A stretch of 64,000 nucleotides of DNA from a virus. Location: the UHGV virus genome UHGV-1366123; one strand, given 5' to 3'. The notes beneath the pieces were generated by a model that was not told the origin of the DNA, ran no database searches, and saw only the letters and a program-made list of their open reading frames with translations. This document shows positions 1 through 9,382 of the stretch, in pieces. A program made the position numbers and the translations under genes. Position 1 is the stretch's first letter. Each line of letters begins with the position of its first letter.

Positions 1-23
1 TCGTAGAATCTGACTTCGATGTC

Positions 24-665
24 ATGTGCCAAGAGATTGTCTCAAAGTCGGAATACAACCACATTAAGATTCCGTTCATTGAAATCAAGAAGTTTGTCGA
101 ACTTCTGAAAATCTACACCGATGATGAGCAAGTGAACATTAATCTTTCTTGTGATGAAAAGGGAGAATCGCTTGTTGTGGTGAAACTTGAAGTGAAATCC
201 AAGAGAAAATCTTCAAGAATGCCAATGGCGGACATTTCTCTTGTTCCATATCTCCCGAAGGACATCTGGGAGAATCTGCTCCAAAGCACAGAACGCTTGT
301 CATTCTTTGGTCTTTCTCAGAATGACGTAACAGACGTGAAGAAGCTGATGAAGTACGCTTCTGAATCACAGGCATCGGCAAAGGTCAAGGAGATCTCGAA
401 GTTTAGAGTAAAGTTTGAAGATGATCAGACAACGATTATGTCATATGAAGATCGTTGGAACATTGACATTCCAACAGATGGTTCATTCACTGGGGATTTT
501 GTCTTCCCTGCTATTCTCTTCAAGCATCTCTCTTCAACGAACGTTTATGATTGCTCGTTTGTGAAGGCAATGGGCAGAGATACCAAGTTCCTAATCGTCT
601 CGAATGAAACATTAAGAACCACGTGCGTTGTTATCGCAGAAAAGTTCGATATCAACAAAAAATAA
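24..665 (+). CDS. hypothetical protein (reading frame is open back to the window start, so likely 5'-truncated by the window)
   Basis: 213-aa ORF in the track; the frame stays open upstream to position 3; followed by a hairpin terminator; no confident motif. Confidence 0.4.
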   Translation: MCQEIVSKSEYNHIKIPFIEIKKFVELLKIYTDDEQVNINLSCDEKGESLVVVKLEVKSKRKSSRMPMADISLVPYLPKDIWENLLQSTERLSFFGLSQNDVTDVKKLMKYASESQASAKVKEISKFRVKFEDDQTTIMSYEDRWNIDIPTDGSFTGDFVFPAILFKHLSSTNVYDCSFVKAMGRDTKFLIVSNETLRTTCVVIAEKFDINKK

Positions 666-684
666 GATAGGTAACAATTTATAA

Positions 685-735
685 GATGAATGAGGGTGTA
701 CGAACAAGTGCATCCTCATTCATCTGTATTTTCTC
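685..735 (+). terminator. rho-independent-type terminator hairpin
   Basis: Stem gatgaatgagg (685-695) pairs with cctcattcatc (714-724), followed by a T-rich tgtattttctc. Confidence 0.45.
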
Positions 736-744
736 GAAGACTTT

Positions 745-1827
745 ATGCGATACATCCTCGACAAACTGATAATCTTTCTCACAATAATACGATACAAACT
801 TTGGCGATTTCCAATAAACGATGACGGAATAATCGATTCAGTTGTGCTTGATAACCACGAGACACTCACGATAAACGGTTGGAAGCCACTTTCTTCTGTA
901 CATCTAAAAGCTGTTCATGACATATTGGAGGTCGGTGCAGGTGAGTACAAGGTGAGTGGATCTGTCAATCATCTCGTCTATTCTTCCAAGAGTTCACTTG
1001 AAAGCTATCAACCTACGAAAGTCCGAGATCTCTCTTTAGGTGATATCTTAATGACTGTCGATGGTGCACGGAAAGTCTCTTCTCTCAAAAAGTCTCATCA
1101 ACAGATCGTGTTCGATTTATCTGTCGTGGATGAGACTTTGTCGTATTTCTCTGATGGCATACTTTCTCATAACTCTGTAATGAGTGGTATTTTCATTGCG
1201 TGGTACATCTTGACTAACTACGACAAGACCGTTCTTTGTACCAGTGTCAATGCAGACAAGGTCGATGAGCTTGTTGACAAGATTAACTCGATCTTTATGC
1301 ATCTTCCGTTCTATATGAAGCTCGGGATTGAAGTCGATAACGTATCCAAGAAGAAATGGGACAATGGTTGCAAACTGATCGGTGAAACTGCCACTGAGAA
1401 CTCTGGTGCAGGTGAAACCGCAGATCTTCTTTATGCTGACGAGTTTGCACTTATTGAACCAAACATCATCAACGAGTTCTTCCGTGTAGTTTATCCTACA
1501 CTTTCGGCAAGTAAGAAGTCGAAGATGATAATCACCAGCACGGCAAGAGGTATGAACAAGTTCTATCAGCTTTATCAAGATGCACTTGATGGTAAGAACA
1601 ACTTCAACCCAATAAGAATCGACTGGTGGGAAGTCGAAGGAAGGGATGAACAATGGAGACTTGACCAGATTGCAGACCTTGGTTCTGAAGCAGACTTTAA
1701 TCAAGAATATGGCAACTCGTTTATGAGTGGATCGACACTTCTTCTCTCCACTGCTGTCCTCAAGAAACTCGGGAAATACCAGAAGAAGTTCATAAATGGT
1801 GTGTTCTCGAATGACGGTTCTTTATGA
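745..1827 (+). CDS. terL: large terminase (TerL) middle fragment: a 143-aa intein C-fragment (Hint domain from block B to the terminal HN) fused to the ATPase core
   Basis: Hint block B (DNHETLTINGWKPLSSVHL) and blocks F/G (IVFDLSVVDETLSYFSDGILSHN followed by +1 Ser). After the intein the sequence is TerL ATPase-like: SVMSGIFIAWY (post-P-loop), Walker B LLYADEFALI, coupling motif IITSTARG. No Walker A is present in this ORF. Confidence 0.75.
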   Translation: MRYILDKLIIFLTIIRYKLWRFPINDDGIIDSVVLDNHETLTINGWKPLSSVHLKAVHDILEVGAGEYKVSGSVNHLVYSSKSSLESYQPTKVRDLSLGDILMTVDGARKVSSLKKSHQQIVFDLSVVDETLSYFSDGILSHNSVMSGIFIAWYILTNYDKTVLCTSVNADKVDELVDKINSIFMHLPFYMKLGIEVDNVSKKKWDNGCKLIGETATENSGAGETADLLYADEFALIEPNIINEFFRVVYPTLSASKKSKMIITSTARGMNKFYQLYQDALDGKNNFNPIRIDWWEVEGRDEQWRLDQIADLGSEADFNQEYGNSFMSGSTLLLSTAVLKKLGKYQKKFINGVFSNDGSL

Positions 1828-1879
1828 TGAAAATTGTCATTGTTTTTAATTTATAAAAATTAAAAGATAGACGGAAGGA

Positions 1880-2698
1880 ATGATAGAAGATGTTCTCCTT
1901 GAATACGACCAGTACTTTTTTATTCACCCCAACTTTGAACTTCAGTGGTTTAAAGATGAGCGCAATGCGTTCGTTCTATCAATAGACATTGCGGAAGGTA
2001 AAGGAGGTGACTACACGATTATCAACTTCTTCCAAGTCCTTCCAATGACACCTTTAGAAATTGAAGGTGTGAAGATCTTCAACGACGAAGAATCATTCTT
2101 CAAGTTGGTACAAGTCGCCATGTTTAGATCGAACATGGTAGAAACACCAGAATGTGCAAATTGGCTGTATCATTTCATAAACGGTTACATGATACAGGAC
2201 AACTTGAAGATCGTTATCGAGAACAACTTTGAAGGGAATTACTTCCGAAACACACTAATGAACATTTATGGAGAACAGAATGAACTCGACGAAGATGTCA
2301 TATTCTGCAAGTTTCTCTATAATGCTCGAGACGATAACGCCCGAACTTTCAGAGTTGGGATTTATCAAACAGAACCCCGAAAGCAACATTCTTGTAAGAT
2401 ATTCTCCGATCAGCTAAAGAACAATCAACTTGTTCTTACTGAGTTTATGACAATTCAAGAAGCTATGACCTTTGCACGATCAGAAAAATCGTCTTCTTAT
2501 CGTGCAAGCTCGGGACATGACGATTGTGTTATGACGTGTGTAAACGTTGTAAACATTCGAGATATCGAAGAATGGTCAGAACTCGTGGAAATTGTCAGTG
2601 AAAATTGTACAAACGAGTTTTGGAAACTGGTCGACAAGAAGCTCGGGAAACAAGCCGAAAGAAACGACGAACTCGACATATCAGACTATTACGATTAA
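1880..2698 (+). CDS. terL: large terminase nuclease domain (RNase H-like) as a separate ORF
   Basis: FVLSIDIAEGKGGDYTII (first catalytic Asp region) and SSGHDDCVMTCVNV (C-terminal hDDxv motif). Own RBS ggaaggaATG; an in-frame stop lies at 1868, just upstream. Confidence 0.65.
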   Translation: MIEDVLLEYDQYFFIHPNFELQWFKDERNAFVLSIDIAEGKGGDYTIINFFQVLPMTPLEIEGVKIFNDEESFFKLVQVAMFRSNMVETPECANWLYHFINGYMIQDNLKIVIENNFEGNYFRNTLMNIYGEQNELDEDVIFCKFLYNARDDNARTFRVGIYQTEPRKQHSCKIFSDQLKNNQLVLTEFMTIQEAMTFARSEKSSSYRASSGHDDCVMTCVNVVNIRDIEEWSELVEIVSENCTNEFWKLVDKKLGKQAERNDELDISDYYD

Positions 2699-2702
2699 AC
2701 AT

Positions 2703-3353
2703 ATGGACAAAACAACTACCCTCAATGTCTCATCGAAGGCGAAGATAGAAGATGAACAACAGGAGGAGGACATGCTCTTCATACCACAGTCAAAGACTGG
2801 TGGCAACATGTACAAAGAGAACTCTTGTGGTACTTCTTTCTCTGCTGATCAAGATTATCAAGATCAGTTCCTTGATGACATTTATAACCCCGATGAATAC
2901 AGAACAAGACAGAACTTCTGTGAAAAGTTCTATTCATCCTTGCAATCGATCATCAACAAGCATAAGCGATTCTCGTATATACGATCGTTCGATATGAATC
3001 ATGTGAGATGTGGCGACAATGTTTGTCACCTCGATAAAACATCACCATTTATGATAAACTTTGTACTTCATAATGGTGATGTTGTCGTATCTGACGATTC
3101 TTGTACTTTCTATCGTGAAGATAAGAGTCATCTGAAGCCATATGAAAAGCTGATGAACTCGTTCTTCAAGAATGATAGATCTGATCTTTATGATGTCGTC
3201 TATCGGAAAATGGTCGATTTCGATTTCGATCATAAGCTTTATTTTTGCATCTATTGCGAATACTTCAAGATAACAGACCATGAAGCGTTTTTTGATTCTC
3301 TTCCAAAGTTCCATCAAGACAACATAGAACGAATGTATAGACGGAGACGATAA
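2703..3353 (+). CDS. hypothetical protein
   Basis: ORF 2592-3353 trimmed to the first ATG after the upstream gene stop (MDKTTTLNV...). Confidence 0.35.
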   Translation: MDKTTTLNVSSKAKIEDEQQEEDMLFIPQSKTGGNMYKENSCGTSFSADQDYQDQFLDDIYNPDEYRTRQNFCEKFYSSLQSIINKHKRFSYIRSFDMNHVRCGDNVCHLDKTSPFMINFVLHNGDVVVSDDSCTFYREDKSHLKPYEKLMNSFFKNDRSDLYDVVYRKMVDFDFDHKLYFCIYCEYFKITDHEAFFDSLPKFHQDNIERMYRRRR

Positions 3354-3384
3354 GAAAGAGGACAAAAAAACAACACGGAGAGAA

Positions 3385-4881
3385 ATGATCAATTGTAAAC
3401 AGATCAGAGACAAGATGTCGGTGTCTTATTTCGACGAAAACGGAAACATTGCGATATCTGACATAACAATAGACGATCGTGAAAAGTACGTATGGACAAA
3501 GACAACCGAAGATGATAAGTTTCGTGATAAGACTTACGTATCCCAAGACGGATTTCCAGTTAAAAAGGAACGTAAGTCCTATCTCGACAAATATCGCAAG
3601 ATCGAGTTCTTGCTGTCTCTGCCAGAACGTTTACAAGCGAAGATTTTCTCAAACAATCAACCACGTAAGTTCTTCTGGGATATAGAAACCGAGGTGTTTG
3701 ATGATTTCCCCGATGCAGGAAACCCTGTGGGACGAATCTTCACGCATCAGTATTGTGATGAGTTCGGGAATGGTACTGTCATGGGGATCAAGCCACTTTC
3801 ACAGGTGCAAATCGAATCTATCGAACAGAAGATCAACGACTATCTTTCACAAATCACCGATAAAACACTTCATCAGAGGTATAAGTTCCGTTACATTTAC
3901 TACCCCGATGAGTTCACGATGAATAAAGACTTCGTCGAGAATCACGCAACACGGATGCCGTGTATTTTCGGCTGGAACGTGCTGAAGTTCGATACAAGAT
4001 ATCTCGTCAACAGGTGTAAGAAGACGAACATTGATCCTACGATTTTGTCCCCGAAGAGGATGCTTTACTCGACGATTGCGAAAGATAAGTTTGATCATTC
4101 ATCGAAAATTGAAATCGAACTTCCTCTTCATCGACCAATCATCGACTACATGCAAATCTTTGAGTTCTTTGATAGATCGATTAAGCAGAAGTCATCAATG
4201 TCACTCGACTTTATCGCATCGGAGATCCTTGGTGTCAAGAAGATCCATCATTCCGAAACTCTGATGGAACTCTATGAGAAGGACTATGAACGTTACGTGC
4301 TTTATGGTATCATCGATACCTTCCTCGTGGCGTTGATCGATAAGAAGTGCAGAACATTCGAATCAATGAGCGTTCTTGCAAACCTTCTACGTGTCGAAGT
4401 CGCTCAATCGATGTTCGTCAGTGTTGGGATCGAAACACTCTTGTGTGACTACTATTACAAGCATTACAACAAAGTGTTTGTAAAGGATTATGACAAGCAG
4501 ATTCCCGAAGGTGAAACTTACAGTGCAGGATTCGTTCTACAACCAGGTATTGGTGTTTATGACGGCATCGTCATCTATGACTACGAATCACTGTTCCCTT
4601 CAATTATGCAGATGTTGAACGTTGGTGAAGATGTTTACCTCGGTCATACCGATGATCAAGGTAAAACTTACGTGGACAAACTCGGTGAAGAACACGAACT
4701 TGACGAATCGATGTGTTATTCATCAAGTGGTGCAGTTTACTCAAAAAACAGAGATTCCGCAATTCGAACGATGATTTCGAACATGTTCAACAAACGAGTA
4801 GAAGCAAAACACAAAGAAGCAGAAATCAAAGCAGATATTAATCACTTAAAGCAGATATTAAAAGATAACTTCGGACATTAA
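3385..4881 (+). CDS. family-B DNA polymerase, N-terminal fragment (3'-5' exonuclease domain plus polymerase motif A only)
   Basis: Exo I FFWDIETEV, Exo II CIFGWNVLKFDTRYL, Exo III YGIIDTFLV, pol motif A IVIYDYESLFPSIM. The ORF terminates about 100 aa later, before motifs B (KxxxNSxYG) and C (YGDTDS). Confidence 0.7.
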   Translation: MINCKQIRDKMSVSYFDENGNIAISDITIDDREKYVWTKTTEDDKFRDKTYVSQDGFPVKKERKSYLDKYRKIEFLLSLPERLQAKIFSNNQPRKFFWDIETEVFDDFPDAGNPVGRIFTHQYCDEFGNGTVMGIKPLSQVQIESIEQKINDYLSQITDKTLHQRYKFRYIYYPDEFTMNKDFVENHATRMPCIFGWNVLKFDTRYLVNRCKKTNIDPTILSPKRMLYSTIAKDKFDHSSKIEIELPLHRPIIDYMQIFEFFDRSIKQKSSMSLDFIASEILGVKKIHHSETLMELYEKDYERYVLYGIIDTFLVALIDKKCRTFESMSVLANLLRVEVAQSMFVSVGIETLLCDYYYKHYNKVFVKDYDKQIPEGETYSAGFVLQPGIGVYDGIVIYDYESLFPSIMQMLNVGEDVYLGHTDDQGKTYVDKLGEEHELDESMCYSSSGAVYSKNRDSAIRTMISNMFNKRVEAKHKEAEIKADINHLKQILKDNFGH

Positions 4882-4884
4882 AAG

Positions 4885-5142
4885 ATGGAAATAAAGCTAT
4901 TAGGAAAGAAGATCCTCATTAAGCTCAATGAGGTCGAAAAGCAGGTCGATGGCTTCGAACTGGTACAACATAACGATGTAGACCAAACAGCAGGTGTCGT
5001 CACGAATGTTGGTATTGGTGTCACAGAAGTCAAAGTCGGTGATAAAGTAATCGTCAACAAGTTCTCTGGTATTGAGGTGCTTATCGAGGGTGATAAGTTC
5101 AAGGTAGTAGAGGAACACGAAATATTAATCATTGTAAGATAA
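4885..5142 (+). CDS. groES: GroES-like co-chaperonin
   Basis: 85 aa; LGKKILIKL...VKVGDKVIVNKFSGIEV...EHEILIIV matches the GroES pattern. Confidence 0.7.
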   Translation: MEIKLLGKKILIKLNEVEKQVDGFELVQHNDVDQTAGVVTNVGIGVTEVKVGDKVIVNKFSGIEVLIEGDKFKVVEEHEILIIVR

Positions 5143-5151
5143 ACAGACTGA

Positions 5152-6741
5152 ATGAACGCTGTAGATGTAAAAAGTGGATCAGAAGCCAGAGAGCTGATCC
5201 TCGTTGGTGCAAAGACGATCCACGACGTTGTTGGGTCTACTCTGGGACCTGGCGGTCGAAATGTCATCATCAAGCACAACACGTACGATGTACCACAGGT
5301 CACTAAAGATGGTGTGACTGTAGCAAGAAAGATGAAGCTACAGAACTATTGGCACAACATAGGCTGTCAACTCGTAAAGCAAGCATCAATGCGAACTGCA
5401 GTTGATGCAGGTGATGGAACAACGTCTTCTGTTGTGATGGCGTATACGATGATGAAACTAATCGACGGACTTCTAAATGAGAATCCCGAGATTGATGTTC
5501 ATCGACTTCGTCACGAAATGGAAAAGATGAAGGATGTTCTCATTGAAAAGCTTCGGGAAATCGCCACACCGATCGTTGATATTCAGCAGGTCTTCGATAT
5601 CGCAAAGATCTCCACGAACAATGATGAGAAACTTGCAGGTCTTCTTGCAGAGATCTATGGGAAGATCGGTAAAGATGGGATAATCGTTCTTGAACAATCA
5701 CAACTTTCTGATATCACCTATTCGATCGAATCTGGATTCCGATTTGATGGCGGTTGGCAGTCTCATTATTTCGTAAAGGACAAATCAAAGATGTCGTTTG
5801 GATCTGACGATTGTGCAATCTTCATCACAAATCACAAGATCCAAGACGGAAAGACGATGCTCTCGGCACTTTCAAGAATCTATGGTACAGGTGTCCGTGA
5901 CCTTTTGATCATTGCGGAAAACATCGAAGGTGAAGCACTATCGACCTTGATCGCCAATAACCAGAGTGGGAAGATGAACATTTGTCTCGTCAATCCACCA
6001 TATTACGGACAGAAGCGTGAAGAATACCTCACTGACCTCTCCATTTCTCTTGATATGAAGCCACTGATGGTGGGAGACCAATCCGTCACCCCTCTTTCGT
6101 TCACAGAAGAGTACTTCTCTTGCGGTCGAAGCGTCTTTGTGGATAAAAACACCACAACGATCAGAAATGACAAGGAAAGTGTATCGTCTGCCGTCGAAGA
6201 GCATATCTCAAATCTGAAGTCTCTTATGGATTCCGACGAGGAAGACAAGGAATGGATCGAGAAGAGAATAGCGACCCTAAGGTCATCAGTTGCCGTCATC
6301 AAGGTCGGTGGGAATTCAGAATCTGAAGTTTATGAACACAAGGATAGACTTGAAGATGCGATTTGTGCTATAAGATCAGCATACAAGGATGGAATAGTCG
6401 CAGGTTGTGGTATCACGTACCTAAGACTAATCTCTGCACTTGATCCTTCTCTTGACACGTTCCATATCTTGAAATCTGGACTTGAATCCGTGTTCAAGAA
6501 GATTATGATCAACTCATGCATATCAGAGGAAGAAGAATCGTCGATTCTCTACTTCATAGGTGAAGATGAAGCGTATGGTTATGATGCCAAGAAACGTCAG
6601 AAGTCGTATAACTCGATCCAAGATGGCATCATCGACTCGGCACGTGTTATAAAAAACTGTATCGAGAACTCGATATCGGTCGCTATCATGTTTATGATCT
6701 CTGACAACATCGTTATGGAAATCGATGAATCGATTATTTAG
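5152..6741 (+). CDS. groEL: GroEL-like chaperonin (Hsp60 family)
   Basis: 529 aa; AVDAGDGTTSSVVMAYTMM (GroEL ATP-binding DGTTT-like motif); equatorial/apical/intermediate domain pattern. Confidence 0.8.
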   Translation: MNAVDVKSGSEARELILVGAKTIHDVVGSTLGPGGRNVIIKHNTYDVPQVTKDGVTVARKMKLQNYWHNIGCQLVKQASMRTAVDAGDGTTSSVVMAYTMMKLIDGLLNENPEIDVHRLRHEMEKMKDVLIEKLREIATPIVDIQQVFDIAKISTNNDEKLAGLLAEIYGKIGKDGIIVLEQSQLSDITYSIESGFRFDGGWQSHYFVKDKSKMSFGSDDCAIFITNHKIQDGKTMLSALSRIYGTGVRDLLIIAENIEGEALSTLIANNQSGKMNICLVNPPYYGQKREEYLTDLSISLDMKPLMVGDQSVTPLSFTEEYFSCGRSVFVDKNTTTIRNDKESVSSAVEEHISNLKSLMDSDEEDKEWIEKRIATLRSSVAVIKVGGNSESEVYEHKDRLEDAICAIRSAYKDGIVAGCGITYLRLISALDPSLDTFHILKSGLESVFKKIMINSCISEEEESSILYFIGEDEAYGYDAKKRQKSYNSIQDGIIDSARVIKNCIENSISVAIMFMISDNIVMEIDESII

Positions 6742-6820
6742 ATGAAACTATGACACCAAGCAGATTCATAAGAAACTCGAAAACAGAACTTTTAAACAAC
6801 ATCATCAGTCAATCATTATT

Positions 6821-7963
6821 ATGAGCAACGAAGTTTTTGATTTTGGTGGGATTTTCGATATGAAGTCCGATGACTTCAAGCAGAAGGAAACCACCCAATT
6901 CTCCAACCCAGACTTTTACTCTCCTCGCATCGACGACGAGAATGTAAAGGACAACATCTATCAGTCAAAGCTGAGATTCCTACCAAATGTCAACGTCGCC
7001 CCCAACGGAGAGCGCACGAACATCGTAGTAAAGCACGTCTACTACGTTCCCGATCCAGATAACCCTGGGCAGAAGTGCTACATCGATGCACCATCGAACG
7101 AGCCTAAGGCGAAGGATATCGCATCTGTAGCGTTCATGATGTTCGGCTACGATAAGAGCAAGATCTACAGATCAGATGCTCCTGCAATCGTCAAGAAGAA
7201 TGCAAAGCAGTTGAAGCGCAACACCTACCACTACTCTTTGGTGCAGGTCATCAAGGACACACAACATCCAGAACTCGAAGGATCGGTAAAGATCTTCAGA
7301 TACGGTGGTGTGATCTACGAAAAGATCATGCAACTTATCAACGGTAACCCAGCTCTTGGGATCAATCCAATCATCCCATTCGATCCTCTCAATGGTAAGG
7401 AATTCATCATGGTTCTTTCCAAGGGTCAGAATGATCAAGGTCAAGAACTTAACACCTACATGCAGTCGAGATTCGTCGATGATCGTTCCGCAATCACGAT
7501 TGATGGACGAGAAATGACCGATTCTAATGAGGACAAGCAGGAGATCTTCAACTTCCTCAAGGAAAAGTCTCCCGATCTCTCACAGACGATGTTCCAAAAG
7601 ATGACGGAAGACGATGTTGAACGTCTCAATCGAGCAGTCCGTGATGTCATTGACGATGATAAGTGGTTCGGTATGGCTTATCAAGCATGTTATGGGAAGC
7701 CATTCATTCCCGATGCAGTCCGTGAATCTGTCGTGTCCACAGAGAAGTACGATGATGAAGATATCGAAGTCGAAGAACAGGTAGTCGAAGAACCAGTGAA
7801 GAAATCTCCACGACGAGAAGAACCAGCTTCCTCTACGATGTCCAAGTTCAAGTCCCTCAAGGAAGAAGCTGAAAAGCCTGCACCTGCAAAGAAGCCGACT
7901 GATAAGCAACCATCGATCTCTGACATGATGGAAGATATCGATGACGATCTCGACTTTGAATAG
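6821..7963 (+). CDS. single-stranded DNA-binding protein, T4 gp32-like
   Basis: KLRFLPNVN...KHVYYVPDP...KCYIDAPS core, with a long acidic C-terminal tail ending DDDLDFE. Confidence 0.6.
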   Translation: MSNEVFDFGGIFDMKSDDFKQKETTQFSNPDFYSPRIDDENVKDNIYQSKLRFLPNVNVAPNGERTNIVVKHVYYVPDPDNPGQKCYIDAPSNEPKAKDIASVAFMMFGYDKSKIYRSDAPAIVKKNAKQLKRNTYHYSLVQVIKDTQHPELEGSVKIFRYGGVIYEKIMQLINGNPALGINPIIPFDPLNGKEFIMVLSKGQNDQGQELNTYMQSRFVDDRSAITIDGREMTDSNEDKQEIFNFLKEKSPDLSQTMFQKMTEDDVERLNRAVRDVIDDDKWFGMAYQACYGKPFIPDAVRESVVSTEKYDDEDIEVEEQVVEEPVKKSPRREEPASSTMSKFKSLKEEAEKPAPAKKPTDKQPSISDMMEDIDDDLDFE

Positions 7964-7989
7964 CTAATTGATTGATGTTTAGTTGAAGC

Positions 7990-8031
7990 TTGAAGCCCCC
8001 TTGGATGTGAAAATGTTCAAGGGGGCTTCTG
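7990..8031 (+). terminator. terminator hairpin followed by a CTGTATAAGA motif
   Basis: gaagccccctt (7991-8001) pairs with aagggggcttc (8019-8029). Confidence 0.45.
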
Positions 8032-8041
8032 TATAAGATGA

Positions 8042-9220
8042 ATGATGGAAAATGTACAAGGAATCTTCGATTTTTCTACGGAAACAGAGTCGTTTTCTCA
8101 TGACGAGTTCATAAGAAAGTTCATCCCTTTGTTCAAGTCTGTGCTCGTATCCAAGTTCGGTACGTCATACAAAGCGAAGATAAGTATGACAAGCCGTGAT
8201 ATTAATTGTGGATGTCCACATTGTGGAGATGGTAGCAGTTCATACAAGAGGAGATTTCACATATACTTCCAAAACTACTCTTATAAATGCTACAACGATT
8301 GTCACAAGCCGTTTGGCTCTTTGTACAATCTCATACATGAGTACGGACTTCAGTACAGTTTCACGCATGTAGAACTTTCTCACATCAAGCGAGTTTTCGA
8401 GGACTTCATGAAAAGTGGTCTTGCGAAAACCGACAAATCGATCAAAGTCACTGGTCGTGACATTATCGACAAAGATGGTCACATATCGACGCAAGTCCCA
8501 GAAGTCAACGATTACGCATTTCCAAGAGAAGAGATAATGGGCGCAAAACATCTCCGAGAAGTCAGAAGATCACCTGCGCTCATCGAATATCTCCGAAAAA
8601 GAGCAGTGATCACCGATAAAACCGATCTTTACGAAAACAGATTGAGGACGTTTGCATATAACGAGAAGTATGAAGACCTTTATGTTTTCAATCTTGCGAA
8701 GAATATGCGTGATGTGATAGGTGTGCAGATCAAGCACCTCTCTCCGAAGTCACGGAGAAGGTTTACAACGATGTCATGGTCTAAAATATGGACTGACATT
8801 TTCCAGCTTCAGCCGAAGGGTTTCGAAGAGCTTTCCGTGAAGTTTGACAAGATATCAATGATATGGAACTCGTTGCATATTGACTTCTCTCGAAGATACA
8901 ACATTCTTGAAGGGACTTTCGATGCCTACTTCGTGGACAATTCGATCGCATGTTGGGGACTTTCAAACTTTGTCTATAACAAGAGCGCATACTACATCAC
9001 CGATAATACGCTCCTTGATATGGCAGGCAAAAAGAAGTCATTGGAACTGATAAATGGTGGTTACAACACCTTCTTGTGGGCAAAGTTTGCAGAAGATTTC
9101 CCAGATATTGCTTACACGTGCAAAGATATGAACGACATAGTCAGAAAATTCCCAAACTTCAATATGGGTGTCTTGGAGAAGTACTTTGGTAATGATGAAT
9201 TTGATACACTTTACATATGA
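8042..9220 (+). CDS. zinc-ribbon protein, possible DNA primase (gp61-like)
   Basis: CGCPHCGD...YKCYNDCHK zinc-binding pairs near the N-terminus; sits among replication genes; no clear Toprim motif seen. Confidence 0.35.
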   Translation: MMENVQGIFDFSTETESFSHDEFIRKFIPLFKSVLVSKFGTSYKAKISMTSRDINCGCPHCGDGSSSYKRRFHIYFQNYSYKCYNDCHKPFGSLYNLIHEYGLQYSFTHVELSHIKRVFEDFMKSGLAKTDKSIKVTGRDIIDKDGHISTQVPEVNDYAFPREEIMGAKHLREVRRSPALIEYLRKRAVITDKTDLYENRLRTFAYNEKYEDLYVFNLAKNMRDVIGVQIKHLSPKSRRRFTTMSWSKIWTDIFQLQPKGFEELSVKFDKISMIWNSLHIDFSRRYNILEGTFDAYFVDNSIACWGLSNFVYNKSAYYITDNTLLDMAGKKKSLELINGGYNTFLWAKFAEDFPDIAYTCKDMNDIVRKFPNFNMGVLEKYFGNDEFDTLYI

Positions 9221-9336
9221 ACAAGAAGAAAAGAAAGAAGAATGTTGACGTGACGAAAATAGTCACCAACGGCATAATTGCGACTATTGTCTTGATGCTC
9301 GTGATGGTGATTATTCAATCGATCATTCTCATCTGA
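9217..9336 (+). CDS. small membrane peptide (39 aa)
   Basis: ATGA start/stop overlap with the upstream gene; MNKKKRKKNVDVTKIVTNGIIATIVLMLVMVIIQSIILI has a basic N-terminus then one TM helix; below the ORF-track length cut-off. Confidence 0.25.
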   Translation: MNKKKRKKNVDVTKIVTNGIIATIVLMLVMVIIQSIILI

Positions 9337-9382
9337 GAAGATTAGAAGGTTAGAAGAAATAGAAACGTTTTTTATATGTTAT

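Noticed and set aside
666-744. In-frame N-extein for the 745 TerL ORF directly upstream
   Set aside because: The upstream frame hits a stop at 691-693 and encodes no Walker A. The gene at 24-665 is in a different frame and is followed by a terminator
4465-4800. Possible polymerase motif B in RTMISNMFNK
   Set aside because: It lies only ~70 aa after motif A, whereas the normal spacing is 130-150 aa. The key residues (K, N, S, Y, G) are mostly substituted
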